DNA of 44,650 nucleotides from an uncultured Bacteroidales bacterium (GCA_964580815.1 CAZOLY010000004.1:1-44650); one strand, 5' to 3'. Shown: positions 20,024-32,235, counted from the first letter of the stretch. Made by a program: numbers and translations. Notes: a model not told the origin generated them from the letters alone.

Positions 20024-20052
20024 AATAGGGGACACAAGTCCCCTATTTTATT
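20024..20052 (+). promoter_or_regulatory. rimP-leader hairpin / premature terminator
   Basis: Perfect 10-bp stem AATAGGGGAC-ACAA-GTCCCCTATT followed by TTATT, between the promoter and the rimP ATG. Confidence 0.65.
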
Positions 20053-20065
20053 AAAGTTAATTCAG

Positions 20066-20533
20066 ATGATAGCTGAAGAATATATAAGAAGCATAATTGA
20101 TGAAGAAACACGGAAAATGAATTTATTTCTCGTTGATATGAAAATAAGTTCCTCAGCCATGATAAATGTTTTCGTTGACAGTATGAAAGGAGTAACCATT
20201 AAGGAGTGTGCATTATTAAGTGCCGTGATTAAAGAAAAATTAAAAAAGCATATTGATGATTATGCTTTGGAAGTTTCTTCACCCGGACTGGACAAACCTT
20301 TGCTATTGAAGGAACAGTATGAAAAAAACCTGGGAAGAAGACTGGACATTGTCACAAAAGACGGCCAGAAAGAAATAGGCAGACTTATAAATGTGCTTAA
20401 AAAAGGTATTGAAATTGAATCGGAAGTATTAGAAAAGAATAAGTCCGGCAAGAAAAAAAAGTATATAATAAGAAAACTAGTATTTGATTTTGCTGAAATA
20501 AAGTCAGCTAAAGTTGTAGTATCATTTAATTAA
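20066..20533 (+). CDS. rimP: Ribosome maturation factor RimP
   Basis: GV.I.EC..LS and Y.LEVSSPGLD.PL motifs; upstream of nusA. Start ATG 20066 preferred over TTG 20018. Confidence 0.92.
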   Translation: MIAEEYIRSIIDEETRKMNLFLVDMKISSSAMINVFVDSMKGVTIKECALLSAVIKEKLKKHIDDYALEVSSPGLDKPLLLKEQYEKNLGRRLDIVTKDGQKEIGRLINVLKKGIEIESEVLEKNKSGKKKKYIIRKLVFDFAEIKSAKVVVSFN

Positions 20534-20545
20534 ATTGTTAAAGAA

Positions 20546-21781
20546 ATGGAAAATATTGATCTTATCGACACCTTTTCGGAATTCAAGGAGCTTAAGAGTA
20601 TTGACAGGGCTACCATGATGAGTGTGCTTGAAGATGTTTTCAGAAGTATGCTTATAAAAATGTATGGAACAGCAGACAATTTTGATATCATTATCAATAT
20701 TGACAAGGGAGATTTTGAGATATGGAGGAACAGAGAAGTTGTCGACGACGATAAAGTTGAAGACCCCAACCTGCAGATTCCATTATCACAGGCAAAGAAA
20801 ATTGACAAGGATTACGAGATTGGCGAAGACGTCACAGATGAAGTAAAGTTAGCCAGTTTCGGCAGAAGAGCAATATTAGCACTCAGACAGAATCTTACAT
20901 CCCGCATCCTGGACCTTGAAAAGAATAATGTTTATGAAAAATACAGGAATAAAATAGGAGACATTGTTACCGGTGAAGTTTACCAGGTCTGGAAAAAGGA
21001 AATTCTGGTCCTTGATGAAGAAGGAAATGAACTTATAATTCCGAAAACTGAACAGATACCCTCTGATTACTTCAGAAAAGGTGACACAATCAGGGCAGTT
21101 GTTATAAAGGTTGAAATGAATAACAGTCCTCTGATCATCCTTTCAAGAACCTCGCCTGTCTTTCTCGAAAGGCTTTTTGAACTCGAAGTTCCTGAAATAT
21201 TTGACGGACTTATTACCATAAAAAAGATTGTACGTATACCGGGCGAAAGGGCAAAAGTTGCTGTCGAATCATACGATGAAAGAATTGATCCTGTCGGCGC
21301 TTGTGTCGGAATGAAAGGTTCAAGAATACATGGTATTGTGAGAGAATTGAAGAATGAAAACATTGATGTAATAAACTTTACTACAAACATTCAGTTATAT
21401 ATAACCAGGGCTCTGAGTCCTGCAAAAATATCCTCAATAAAGATTGATGATGAGAAAAAACGTGCCGAAGTATACCTGAAACCTAATGAAGTATCTCTTG
21501 CAATAGGGAAAGGAGGCCTGAACATTAAGCTGGCCAGTCAGCTTACGGGCTTTGAAATTGATGTTTACAGAGAAACTGAAATAGAAGATGAAGAAGATGT
21601 CAATATAGAAGAATTTGCCGATGAGATTGAGGATTGGATCATTGATGAATTAAAAGCAATAGGCTGTGATACAGCTAAAAGTGTGCTTGATTTAAGTATA
21701 GAGGATCTGGTGAAAAGAACAGATCTTGAAGAAGAGACAATTAAAGAAGTCATTAATATTTTAAAAGCTGAATTCGAATAA
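20546..21781 (+). CDS. nusA: Transcription termination/antitermination factor NusA
   Basis: FGRRA, LFELEVPEI, R.PGERAKVAV, DPVGACVGMKGSRI and AIGKGGLNIKLA. Confidence 0.97.
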   Translation: MENIDLIDTFSEFKELKSIDRATMMSVLEDVFRSMLIKMYGTADNFDIIINIDKGDFEIWRNREVVDDDKVEDPNLQIPLSQAKKIDKDYEIGEDVTDEVKLASFGRRAILALRQNLTSRILDLEKNNVYEKYRNKIGDIVTGEVYQVWKKEILVLDEEGNELIIPKTEQIPSDYFRKGDTIRAVVIKVEMNNSPLIILSRTSPVFLERLFELEVPEIFDGLITIKKIVRIPGERAKVAVESYDERIDPVGACVGMKGSRIHGIVRELKNENIDVINFTTNIQLYITRALSPAKISSIKIDDEKKRAEVYLKPNEVSLAIGKGGLNIKLASQLTGFEIDVYRETEIEDEEDVNIEEFADEIEDWIIDELKAIGCDTAKSVLDLSIEDLVKRTDLEEETIKEVINILKAEFE

Positions 21782-21854
21782 ATAGCTATAATAATTATAT
21801 TTTCTGCGAATTTCTTAACTTGCAGCTTAAAATATGTACTTATTTTAACTAAGC

Positions 21855-24821
21855 ATGACGGATATCAAAACAACAAGACTTAGTAAAATAGCCAGAGAAT
21901 TTAATGTGGGAATTGCAACAATAGTTGAATTTTTACATAATAAAGGGGTTAAAATTCAATCTGACCCTAACACTAAAGTTACACCCGAGCAGTATGAAAT
22001 GTTATTAAAGGAATACAGTTCTGATCTGGATGTAAAAAAAGAATCTGAAAGAGTTACCCTCAAACATCTTAGAGAAAAACAGGAATCAATATCAATTAAT
22101 GACATACGTGAGGAAATGGACAAAGAAACACAGGAAGAAATGGACGAACTTTTTGTTAAGGATACAAGCTCTTCACCAACAGCATTTGAAACGGAAACTG
22201 AAAAATTAATAGAAAAAGGGCAGAACATAAATATTAATATTGTTGGAAAAATTGATGTTGATAAACAGGCCAGGCAAAAGATACCAGCCACGGATAAAGA
22301 AGAGGAAGAAGACCTGTCTAAATATGAAGATAAAAAAACGCCAGAACCTTCTGAAAAGGTTAAAACAACCGGACCTGCCGCAGCTGATACTGATAAAGAA
22401 GGCAAAGACCGCATACCAAAAGCCGATAAAACTATTGAGGAATTATTAATCAGACCGGAGAAAAAAGAGGTTGAATTCAAAGTCCTGGGAAAAATTGACC
22501 TTGAATCCATGAATCAGAGAACAAGGCCCCCTAAAAAAACAAAAGAACAAAAAGACGAAGAACGTAAAGCGAGGCTCGCAGAAAAACAATCTGCGGCAAG
22601 GAAATCCAGGGCCAGAGAAGAGACAGGGGAGAAAGTCACAGAACCTGAAGGAGGATATAAGACTAAGGAAGAAGGATCATGGAAAGAGAAAGAACCTGAA
22701 GATACTTCAACTTATGAAGTGGATTTAACTTTTAAAGAAAAAGGTTCTTTACATGGTGACGAGTCCATGATATTGGAGAGAAGGAAGAAAAGAAAGAGGA
22801 TAAAGAAGGAAAAAGAACCCATCATATTTGAAAAAGATAAAGAAGGCAGGCAGATTGAGGAATTGCAGAAAGGTAAACAAAAGAAAAAGAAAAAGAAAAT
22901 TACATTTAAACATGAAATCAGTGAAGAAGATATTCAAAGACAGATAAAAGATACTCTTGCACGGCTTACAACAAAAGGAAAATCAAAGGGTTCAAAATAC
23001 CGTCGCGAAAAAAGGGAAGCTATAAGCCAAAAGTTGCAGGAGAAAATTGAAATGCAGGAGCAGCAAAAAAATGTGCTTAAAGTAACGGAATTTGTCACTG
23101 TAAATGAACTGGCAAAAATGATGAATGTTCCCGTAAACGATGTTATATCTTCTTGTATGAGCCTTGGTTTGTTTGTTTCAATAAATCAGAGACTGGACGC
23201 TGAAACAATGGCTCTGGTTGCTGACGAGTTTAATTATAAATTCGAATTTACTACTATCGACATACAGGAAACAATAAATGTTGAAGAGGAGGACAAAAAA
23301 GAAGATCTGTTAGCACGACCGCCTATCGTAACTGTAATGGGACATGTCGACCACGGAAAAACCAAGCTCCTTGATTACATAAGAAAGACAAATGTTATAG
23401 GTGGTGAAGCAGGAGGTATTACACAGCATATCGGAGCGTATAGTGTAATACTCAACGACGGCAGGCAAATAACCTTCCTTGACACACCGGGACATGAGGC
23501 CTTCACGGCTATGCGTGCAAGAGGTGCACAAATAACCGACGTTGCTATTATTGTTATAGCAGCGGACGATGGCGTTATGCCACAAACAGTTGAGGCTATT
23601 AATCATGCCCAGGCTGCCGGCGTACCAATGGTATTTGCAATAAACAAGATAGATAAACCTACAGCCAATTCTGAAAAAATTAAGGAAGAGCTGACCAATA
23701 TGAAAATTCTTGTCGAAGACTGGGGAGGAAAGTACCAGTCACAGGAGATATCAGCAAAAAGCGGTATTAACATCGACGAATTACTTGATAAAGTCTTACT
23801 CGAGGCAGAAATGCTTGAACTGGTTGCAAATCCGAATAAAAGAGCTGCCGGTACAGTTATCGAATCATCCCTTGACAAAGGCAGGGGCTACATTGCCACC
23901 ATTCTTGTACAGGGAGGAACATTGAGAGTTGGTGATATAGTACTTGCCGGCATCCATTCCGGAAAAGTAAAATCAATGTACAATGAAAGGGGCAAACAAA
24001 TACATGAAGCCGGACCATCAATGCCAGCCCTGATTCTCGGTCTTAACGGGGCCCCCCAGGCAGGAGATAAATTTAATGTTATGAAAAGTGAAAGAGAAGT
24101 AAAAGAAATTGCCAGTAAGAGGGAACAGCTAATGAGAGAACAGGAACTGAGAACACAAAAACATATTACTCTTGATGAAATAGGCAGAAGAATAGCTATA
24201 GGTAACTTCCAGGAACTTAATATAATTGTTAAGGGAGATGTGGACGGTTCTGTTGAAGCACTTTCTGATTCATTAATAAAACTGTCAACCGAAGAAATAC
24301 AGGTTAATATTATTCATAAGGCTGTGGGACAAATTTCAGAAGGAGATATTCTTCTGGCTGCAGCCTCAAATGCAATAATTATAGGATTCCAGGTTCGCCC
24401 TTCAATGCAGGCCCGCAAACTGGCTGAAAAAGAAGAAATTGATGTACGCTTATATTCAATTATCTACGATGCCATAAATGAAATTAAAGCAGCGATGGAA
24501 GGTATGTTGTCTCCCGAAATAAAAGAAGAAATCGTTGCTACACTTGAAATAAAAGAGGTTTTTAAAATTTCAAAACTAGGCACAATAGCAGGCTGTATTG
24601 TGAAAGAAGGGAAAATAAAAAGAGAGACCAGGGTGCGGGTCATAAGGGAAGGCATTGTAGTTTACACGGGCGAACTAGGCTCATTACGCCGGTTTAAGGA
24701 AGATGTTAAAGAAGTGGCAGGCGGACTTGAATGCGGCCTTAATATTAAAAATTACAATGATATTAAAGTTGGTGATATAATTGAAGGTTATGATATTACT
24801 GAAATAAAGAAAAAATTATAA
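21855..24821 (+). CDS. infB: Translation initiation factor IF-2
   Basis: [44 protein letters not shown] and NKID; long charged N-terminus. Confidence 0.97.
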   Translation: MTDIKTTRLSKIAREFNVGIATIVEFLHNKGVKIQSDPNTKVTPEQYEMLLKEYSSDLDVKKESERVTLKHLREKQESISINDIREEMDKETQEEMDELFVKDTSSSPTAFETETEKLIEKGQNININIVGKIDVDKQARQKIPATDKEEEEDLSKYEDKKTPEPSEKVKTTGPAAADTDKEGKDRIPKADKTIEELLIRPEKKEVEFKVLGKIDLESMNQRTRPPKKTKEQKDEERKARLAEKQSAARKSRAREETGEKVTEPEGGYKTKEEGSWKEKEPEDTSTYEVDLTFKEKGSLHGDESMILERRKKRKRIKKEKEPIIFEKDKEGRQIEELQKGKQKKKKKKITFKHEISEEDIQRQIKDTLARLTTKGKSKGSKYRREKREAISQKLQEKIEMQEQQKNVLKVTEFVTVNELAKMMNVPVNDVISSCMSLGLFVSINQRLDAETMALVADEFNYKFEFTTIDIQETINVEEEDKKEDLLARPPIVTVMGHVDHGKTKLLDYIRKTNVIGGEAGGITQHIGAYSVILNDGRQITFLDTPGHEAFTAMRARGAQITDVAIIVIAADDGVMPQTVEAINHAQAAGVPMVFAINKIDKPTANSEKIKEELTNMKILVEDWGGKYQSQEISAKSGINIDELLDKVLLEAEMLELVANPNKRAAGTVIESSLDKGRGYIATILVQGGTLRVGDIVLAGIHSGKVKSMYNERGKQIHEAGPSMPALILGLNGAPQAGDKFNVMKSEREVKEIASKREQLMREQELRTQKHITLDEIGRRIAIGNFQELNIIVKGDVDGSVEALSDSLIKLSTEEIQVNIIHKAVGQISEGDILLAAASNAIIIGFQVRPSMQARKLAEKEEIDVRLYSIIYDAINEIKAAMEGMLSPEIKEEIVATLEIKEVFKISKLGTIAGCIVKEGKIKRETRVRVIREGIVVYTGELGSLRRFKEDVKEVAGGLECGLNIKNYNDIKVGDIIEGYDITEIKKKL

Positions 24822-24905
24822 CCCCCTCATTTAAATATAAATCCATTCTCTTCATTGCCGTTGCGACACTGGTTTTCCCCTGATATTCCTTTAAAAATTG
24901 TTAAA

Positions 24906-25832
24906 ATGGAATCTAAGCAGGAACTTTCAGAAATGATCAAATCTGAAGCAACAAGGCTTGGCTTTGACGCTTGTGGTATTGCAAGAGCAGAATATCTGAA
25001 AGAAGAGGCATTGCATCTTAAAAGCTGGCTGAACAACAAGATGCATGGTAACATGAGATATATGGAGAACTACTTTGACAAGAGAGTTGATCCGGCTAAG
25101 CTTGTAAAAGGTGCAACATCTGTTATCACCGTTCTGTTGAATTACTATACAAATAAGGTTCAAAAAGACAGAAATGCACCTGTTATTTCAAAATATGCCT
25201 ATGGAAAAGACTATCACTCCATTATAAAAAAAAAGTTATACCAATTATTTAATTTTATTAAAAGCAAAACAAAAAACGTTACCGGCAGGATTTTTGTCGA
25301 TTCTGCACCTGTCCTTGAACGTACTTGGGCTGCTAAAGCAGGACTGGGATGGATAGGGAAAAATACAACCCTCATTTCACCTGAGCATGGGTCATTTGTT
25401 TTTATAGGTGTTCTTATTACTGACTTTGAGCTTCACTATGATAAAAAGATAAATGATATGTGCGGAGATTGTGACAGGTGTATTTCTGCTTGTCCCACCG
25501 GAGCAATCATAAATCCGAAAGTAATCGATGCCCGAAACTGCATTTCTTACCTGACCGTTGAATATAAAGGTCCTATACCTGGAAATTTCAAGGGTAAATT
25601 CAATAACCAGGTATTTGGATGCGATATCTGTCAGATGGTCTGCCCATGGAACGCTAATACAGGAAATCATAAAACAAGTGAACTGGAACCATTACCGGAA
25701 TTATTTGAAATGGAAAAAAACGACTGGTATAATCTGAGTGAAGAATATTACAAAAAAATATTTGGAAACTCCGTTATGGAAAGAACCGGATTTTCAGGAC
25801 TAAAAAGGAATATTGAGTTTGTCAGGACATAA
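24906..25832 (+). CDS. queG: tRNA epoxyqueuosine(34) reductase
   Basis: ISKYAYGKDYH, VDSAPVLER, AGLGWIGKN, CGDCDRCISACP, CISYLTVE and FGCDICQMVCPWN. Start ATG 24906. Confidence 0.93.
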   Translation: MESKQELSEMIKSEATRLGFDACGIARAEYLKEEALHLKSWLNNKMHGNMRYMENYFDKRVDPAKLVKGATSVITVLLNYYTNKVQKDRNAPVISKYAYGKDYHSIIKKKLYQLFNFIKSKTKNVTGRIFVDSAPVLERTWAAKAGLGWIGKNTTLISPEHGSFVFIGVLITDFELHYDKKINDMCGDCDRCISACPTGAIINPKVIDARNCISYLTVEYKGPIPGNFKGKFNNQVFGCDICQMVCPWNANTGNHKTSELEPLPELFEMEKNDWYNLSEEYYKKIFGNSVMERTGFSGLKRNIEFVRT

Positions 25833-25893
25833 CTTGTTTTTTTATAATATTTTTTTTTCGTATCTTAAAATTTAAATAAAAATAAAATTGGGA

Positions 25894-27627
25894 ATGAAAA
25901 AGTCATCTCTATTTGTGCTTGTTATAGCATTGGGTCAATTATCCCTGTTGTGCCAGGAACCTTTAAAACATGAAAAAAGAATTTATGTGTCTCCCGAAGG
26001 CAGAATGTTTATACAAAAATCTTTGCCGATTTATGTCAGAATGGCAACATCGCCGGATGAGAATGCAAAAAACTACGCGCTGCATAGTGAAGTTACAGAT
26101 AAATATTCCAATCCCATGTATCTTGATTCAGAAGGATACAATACTATCCGCTCCCCATGGATAGTTGATACTGTAACAAAAAAGCCCATATACCCCAGAG
26201 AGGATATAATATTTGAAATATATGCTGACAGTAAACCCCCTGCTACTTCGATCGATTATGGTAAAACATCAACCTACAATGCCCAGGGGAAAGTATATGT
26301 AAGTGCCCGGGAGGAAATTACACTGAAGGCGTCTGATCAGCTTTCAGGAGTTGAGAATATATATTATTCGATGGATGGTGCCGCCTTTCAGGTTTATAAA
26401 TCTCCGATTATTATTAATCAGGAAAAAGAATACCATTTAAAATACTATTCCGCAGATAACGTTGGTAATGCTGAAGTATTACATTCATTAATTATTGTAC
26501 TGGACAAAACTCATCCGAAGACCTTACTGCAAATTTCAAAGGATAAGTATGAAAGCAACATTTCAGGCAATTCACAGATCATATTAACATCTGAAGATAA
26601 AGGTGCCGGAATTAAAGAAATTAATTACAGACTCGATGACGGTCCGGTTAAAAAATACGTTAGTCCGCTTAGAGCTGCCTTCTTATCCCAGGGTGAACAC
26701 AAATTAGTTTATTATTCTGCTGACTTTGTAAACAATACCGAAGCTGAGAATATTTTCGATTTTTACGTCGACAAAACCCCGCCGACTATAGTCCAGGAAA
26801 TTATCGGGAAAAGTTTTTTTGCAGGAGGCAGGGAGTATTCATCAGGCAGAAGCCAGCTCAAGCTAACAACTTTTGATAATAAGTCCGGTGTTAAAGAAGT
26901 GTTTTATTCAATTAATAACAGTGAGTATGTAAAGTATGAAAAACCAATCTATCTGTCAAATGTTACGGGAAACCTGACCGTCAAGGCATATGCCCTGGAC
27001 AATGTTAATAATAAAACTGAATCTCTTGAAAAAGGTGATAAAACAAGTATTCCTTACGTTGATTTATCGGGACCTTCGATCTCATATGGATTTTCAGGTC
27101 CGAAATTCATGCAAAGAGATACTGTTTATATAAATAATATAACAAAGATATATCTTAAAGCTACCGATACCGAGTCCGGAATAAATAAGATAGAATATAC
27201 TATTGATGATAGTGAAATAAAAGTCTTTGAGGAGCCCTTCTCTCTTGAAAAAGAAGGACCTCACAAAATTAAAATTACAGGATATGACAATGTCGAAAAC
27301 ACCAATATACTGGATTTAACTGTTATCCTTGATAAAACAGGGCCTGAAATATATACACGCTTTAGTATATTACCAGCAGGCAAAAAAAATGTTAACGGAA
27401 AAATTCTTAATGTCTATCCGAATCACCTTGTCCTGTTTCTTTCCTCAACTGACAATGTCGTTGGTTTTAACGAGATGTACTATTCCATTAATGATATCCC
27501 GGAAAATAAGTACGCCGGTTTAATCAGATCTTTCTCCTCCAGGGGCAATTATACTGTTAAAATAAGGGCAGAGGACAAATTAGGTAATGAAACATCAGAT
27601 AAGATAGATTTTGCCATAGGTGACTGA
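25894..27627 (+). CDS. Secreted Ig-like repeat protein (OmpL47-type repeats)
   Basis: Signal peptide followed by about five repeats of D...P.....L...D..SG(V/I)..I.Y..D...Y...D.V.N. No T9SS CTD. Confidence 0.7.
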   Translation: MKKSSLFVLVIALGQLSLLCQEPLKHEKRIYVSPEGRMFIQKSLPIYVRMATSPDENAKNYALHSEVTDKYSNPMYLDSEGYNTIRSPWIVDTVTKKPIYPREDIIFEIYADSKPPATSIDYGKTSTYNAQGKVYVSAREEITLKASDQLSGVENIYYSMDGAAFQVYKSPIIINQEKEYHLKYYSADNVGNAEVLHSLIIVLDKTHPKTLLQISKDKYESNISGNSQIILTSEDKGAGIKEINYRLDDGPVKKYVSPLRAAFLSQGEHKLVYYSADFVNNTEAENIFDFYVDKTPPTIVQEIIGKSFFAGGREYSSGRSQLKLTTFDNKSGVKEVFYSINNSEYVKYEKPIYLSNVTGNLTVKAYALDNVNNKTESLEKGDKTSIPYVDLSGPSISYGFSGPKFMQRDTVYINNITKIYLKATDTESGINKIEYTIDDSEIKVFEEPFSLEKEGPHKIKITGYDNVENTNILDLTVILDKTGPEIYTRFSILPAGKKNVNGKILNVYPNHLVLFLSSTDNVVGFNEMYYSINDIPENKYAGLIRSFSSRGNYTVKIRAEDKLGNETSDKIDFAIGD

Positions 27628-27711
27628 TATTCCTGAAAATTGAATAATTTTGCAGATAATTGATAATACACTATTGTATTTATCATTAATTATAATTTAA
27701 TTCTTAACTAA

Positions 27712-28458
27712 ATGAAAGCTTTAAAAAAATGCTTTACTCCTTCTTTCCCTGCAAGGTATGTAATCTTTGGCCTTGGAATACTGATAATAAGTTGTGTTCA
27801 TTCCCAGCCCCAGGTCGACAGGTTCAAGGAAATGAGGGAAAATATGGTAAAAATGCAGATTGAAAACAGGGGAATTACCGATAAAGCTGTGATTGCTGCG
27901 ATGAGAAAAGTGGAGCGTCATTTGTTTGTTCCCGAGGCTCATATTCAGCAGGCCTATGGAGATCATCCCTTGCCAATTGGTTACGGGCAAACCATATCAC
28001 AACCTTACATTGTGGCATTCATGACTGAGATATTAAAGCTTGATAAAAGTTCAAAAGTATTGGAAGTGGGCACCGGTTCGGGATACCAGGCCGCCATACT
28101 TGCTGAAATTTGCGACTCGGTGTATACTATTGAAATAGTTGAAGAACTTGGTAACAGGGCAAAGCAGATATTTGAAAAATTAGGATATACGAATATAAAA
28201 GTAAAGATAGGTGACGGTTACGAAGGATGGTATGAATACAGCCCTTTTGATGCAATAATTGTGACATGTGCTCCGACTCATATCCCCAGTCCCCTTAAGG
28301 ATCAACTTAAAGAAGGTGGCCGGATGATTATCCCTGTTGGCGAAAACTATGTACAGGAGCTTGTACTGTTAACAAAGAAAAATGATACATTAAGACAGTC
28401 ATCGGTATTACCTGTGAGGTTTGTTCCCATGGTTGACGAGAAAGATAAAATTTACTAA
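27712..28458 (+). CDS. pcm: Protein-L-isoaspartate O-methyltransferase with an N-terminal hydrophobic extension
   Basis: V.RHLFVP, AY.D.PLPIG.GQTISQPY, VLEVGTGSGYQAA, PFDAIIVT, QLKEGGRMIIPVG and VRFVPM. Confidence 0.93.
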   Translation: MKALKKCFTPSFPARYVIFGLGILIISCVHSQPQVDRFKEMRENMVKMQIENRGITDKAVIAAMRKVERHLFVPEAHIQQAYGDHPLPIGYGQTISQPYIVAFMTEILKLDKSSKVLEVGTGSGYQAAILAEICDSVYTIEIVEELGNRAKQIFEKLGYTNIKVKIGDGYEGWYEYSPFDAIIVTCAPTHIPSPLKDQLKEGGRMIIPVGENYVQELVLLTKKNDTLRQSSVLPVRFVPMVDEKDKIY

Positions 28459-28468
28459 TCTTCATAAT

Positions 28469-28503
28469 AAAAAAATCCCTTTTCAACAATAATGAAAAGG
28501 GAT
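28469..28503 (-). terminator. Intrinsic terminator of groL (possibly also serving pcm)
   Basis: 11-bp stem ATCCCTTTTCA / TGAAAAGGGAT with a 7-nt loop. The A-run at 28469-28474 gives a U-tract on the minus strand. Confidence 0.75.
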
Positions 28504-28528
28504 CCTCTATATATTACCAGTTATTTTT

Positions 28529-30181
<1,653 letters not shown>

Positions 30182-30235
30182 TTATTATTTGCTTTGGATT
30201 AATAACTAATTTAAGTCAGATTTAATTGGATATCA

Positions 30236-30514
30236 TTAGATTATAGCAAAAATATCAGATTGCTTCATCATAAGATAATCCTTGCCATCATAACTAAGCT
30301 CTGTTCCGGAATATTTACCGTATAAAACAGAATCTCCTATTTTTACTTCCATTTTAACATCTTTTGTGCCGGGTCCTACTGCTACTACAGTTCCTCGTTG
30401 GGGCTTCTCCTTAGCAGAATCAGGAATAATTATGCCACTGGCAGTTTTGTCTTCTGCTTCCATGGGTTTAATAAGTACCCTGTCTTCTAAAGGTTTAATT
30501 TTTACTTCAGACAT
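30236..30514 (-). CDS. groS: Co-chaperonin GroES
   Basis: [26 protein letters not shown] and GKYSGTE. Confidence 0.97.
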   Translation of the reverse strand: MSEVKIKPLEDRVLIKPMEAEDKTASGIIIPDSAKEKPQRGTVVAVGPGTKDVKMEVKIGDSVLYGKYSGTELSYDGKDYLMMKQSDIFAII

Positions 30515-30570
30515 ATTATTATTATTTTTTAGTTAAACATTATGATTTTTCAAAATTTCGAATTTTTCTT

Positions 30571-30588
30571 AACATATTTTATGCCAAA
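30571..30588 (-). promoter_or_regulatory. Candidate sigma54 (-24/-12) promoter of groESL
   Basis: Minus strand TTTGGCATAAAATATGTT reads TGGCATA-N4-ATGT, against the consensus TGGCACG-N4-TTGC. GG-N10-G spacing is kept but the -12 is imperfect. Confidence 0.4.
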
Positions 30589-30777
30589 TAAAATAATATC
30601 AAATTATTACATCTTAATTGACAAATTTTCAGTATCTGGTTCTTAATCCCCTGTTGTTTTATGAAAGTATCTCTCCCGAAATTGCAAATAATCTGACTTT
30701 TCAGCAAATATCCTTAAAATAAAACAAGTGTCAGCGAATATGACATATTGACGCTTTAAACAATCCCGGATATATTA

Positions 30778-31137
30778 TCACTGTTGTCCGCCCAAATCTT
30801 CTTCCTCTGATCCTTGTTGCTCAGGAGCAGATGTGGGAAAACCGGAAAGCCTGTCAGGATCAATAGCATTTTCTACCTGGTCCTCTATTTTGGATTTTGA
30901 TACTTCATCTCTTTGTCTTGGCACTGTCATACTTGCCACAAGACTTAATACAAGTATGGAACTGGCCAATGTCCAGGTAGCCTTTTCAAGAAAGTCAGCA
31001 GTTTTTCTTACTCCCATTATCTGGCTTGGTCCTGAGAAACCCGCTGCCAATCCACCACCCTTTGAGCTTTGGACAAGAACCACCAGAATTAATAAAATAC
31101 ACGCAATAACAATTAATACAGCTACTAAATGATACAT
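30778..31137 (-). CDS. secG: Preprotein translocase subunit SecG
   Basis: TM helix, VLVQ.SKGGGL..GF, MGV.KT.DFLEKATW, then a second TM helix. Confidence 0.93.
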   Translation of the reverse strand: MYHLVAVLIVIACILLILVVLVQSSKGGGLAAGFSGPSQIMGVRKTADFLEKATWTLASSILVLSLVASMTVPRQRDEVSKSKIEDQVENAIDPDRLSGFPTSAPEQQGSEEEDLGGQQ

Positions 31138-31148
31138 ATCCCCGAGAT

Positions 31149-32204
31149 TTATAAATTGTTAATAATCTTCCTTATTTCATTTATTTGACCCGCAAAATAA
31201 CTACTTTTTTCCGGATATTTCAAAATTAATTTCTCATATGCAAAAATAGCCTTGGAATAATAACCTTGTTTTATGTATATCCTTGCCAGGGTATCCGTTA
31301 TAAATCCTTCATCCTCTTTGATACTGTCTGCAGATATATCATCATTACTTACTTTCACGTTATCAGGTATTATTTTCGGTTCACCTTTAATAAAGTTGTC
31401 AATTAATTCGGCATTTGAAGGTTTTTTTTCTTCCCCGGCATCAGCTGTATCAGACAGGTCTATTGACAGAAGCTCCCTGCCTGCTTGTTTTTCCTGGCCG
31501 GCAATTTTAGAATCCTGTTCACCGTAATCAATTAATATGGTGTCTTTAAACTGACCTTCACCTGAATAATTCAAAAAATCCGAATCCCCATCTTTATCAT
31601 CAATATCTTCAATATTATCATCCATTTCCAATAGCCCGCTTTCATCTTTCGCATTTATAAATTCGCTTGTATCTTCAGCAATTTCTATATCCAGGTCCTC
31701 ACTCTTCATCACTTTGGGCTCAATTTCCATTATCTCAGAGTTGCTTAAACTAAAGATTATATCATCCAGTTCAATTCCTTCACCATATTCTTTCCTTACA
31801 TCAATGGATATTTCAGGAATTAGTTCCGCATCACTATGTTTATGCTTCTTTATATCAATAAGTTGCGAGGATATCGTATAATTAATGTTCTCTTTTAATG
31901 TATCTTTATATTTCTTATCAGTTTTTCCTGTTTCTCCGGATAACCCGTCAGAGAATCTGTTTTCCCATAAATCAAAAGGATGAATAAGTTCATAAAGAAC
32001 CTTCCTGTCCGTAATATATGCAGCAGTATGATTAAGTTCCGATATAAAATTTTCGCTGTTTATAAGGTACAGGTTTTTTACTGTCAGTAAATGGGCTGTT
32101 TGAAAATAAGGATATTTACTGGTGAGCTTAGAAATAAAGTTAATGCTCTCATTATCAAGATTCTCAGGATTCTTTATGTATCTAATTAAGTTTTCTTTTT
32201 CCAT
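31149..32204 (-). CDS. Conserved Bacteroidota hypothetical protein with a C-terminal TPR-like motif and acidic linker
   Basis: N-terminal YPYFQ.AHLL; C-terminal TDTLARIYIKQG.YSKAI.AYEKL.LKYPEKSSYFA; between lptE and secG. Confidence 0.75.
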   Translation of the reverse strand: MEKENLIRYIKNPENLDNESINFISKLTSKYPYFQTAHLLTVKNLYLINSENFISELNHTAAYITDRKVLYELIHPFDLWENRFSDGLSGETGKTDKKYKDTLKENINYTISSQLIDIKKHKHSDAELIPEISIDVRKEYGEGIELDDIIFSLSNSEIMEIEPKVMKSEDLDIEIAEDTSEFINAKDESGLLEMDDNIEDIDDKDGDSDFLNYSGEGQFKDTILIDYGEQDSKIAGQEKQAGRELLSIDLSDTADAGEEKKPSNAELIDNFIKGEPKIIPDNVKVSNDDISADSIKEDEGFITDTLARIYIKQGYYSKAIFAYEKLILKYPEKSSYFAGQINEIRKIINNL

Positions 32205-32235
32205 AAATACATCAAATTATAATACAGAACCTGTA

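Noticed and set aside
21855-23100. Long K/E-rich low-complexity N-terminus of IF-2
   Set aside because: Variable charged N-terminal regions are normal for IF-2.
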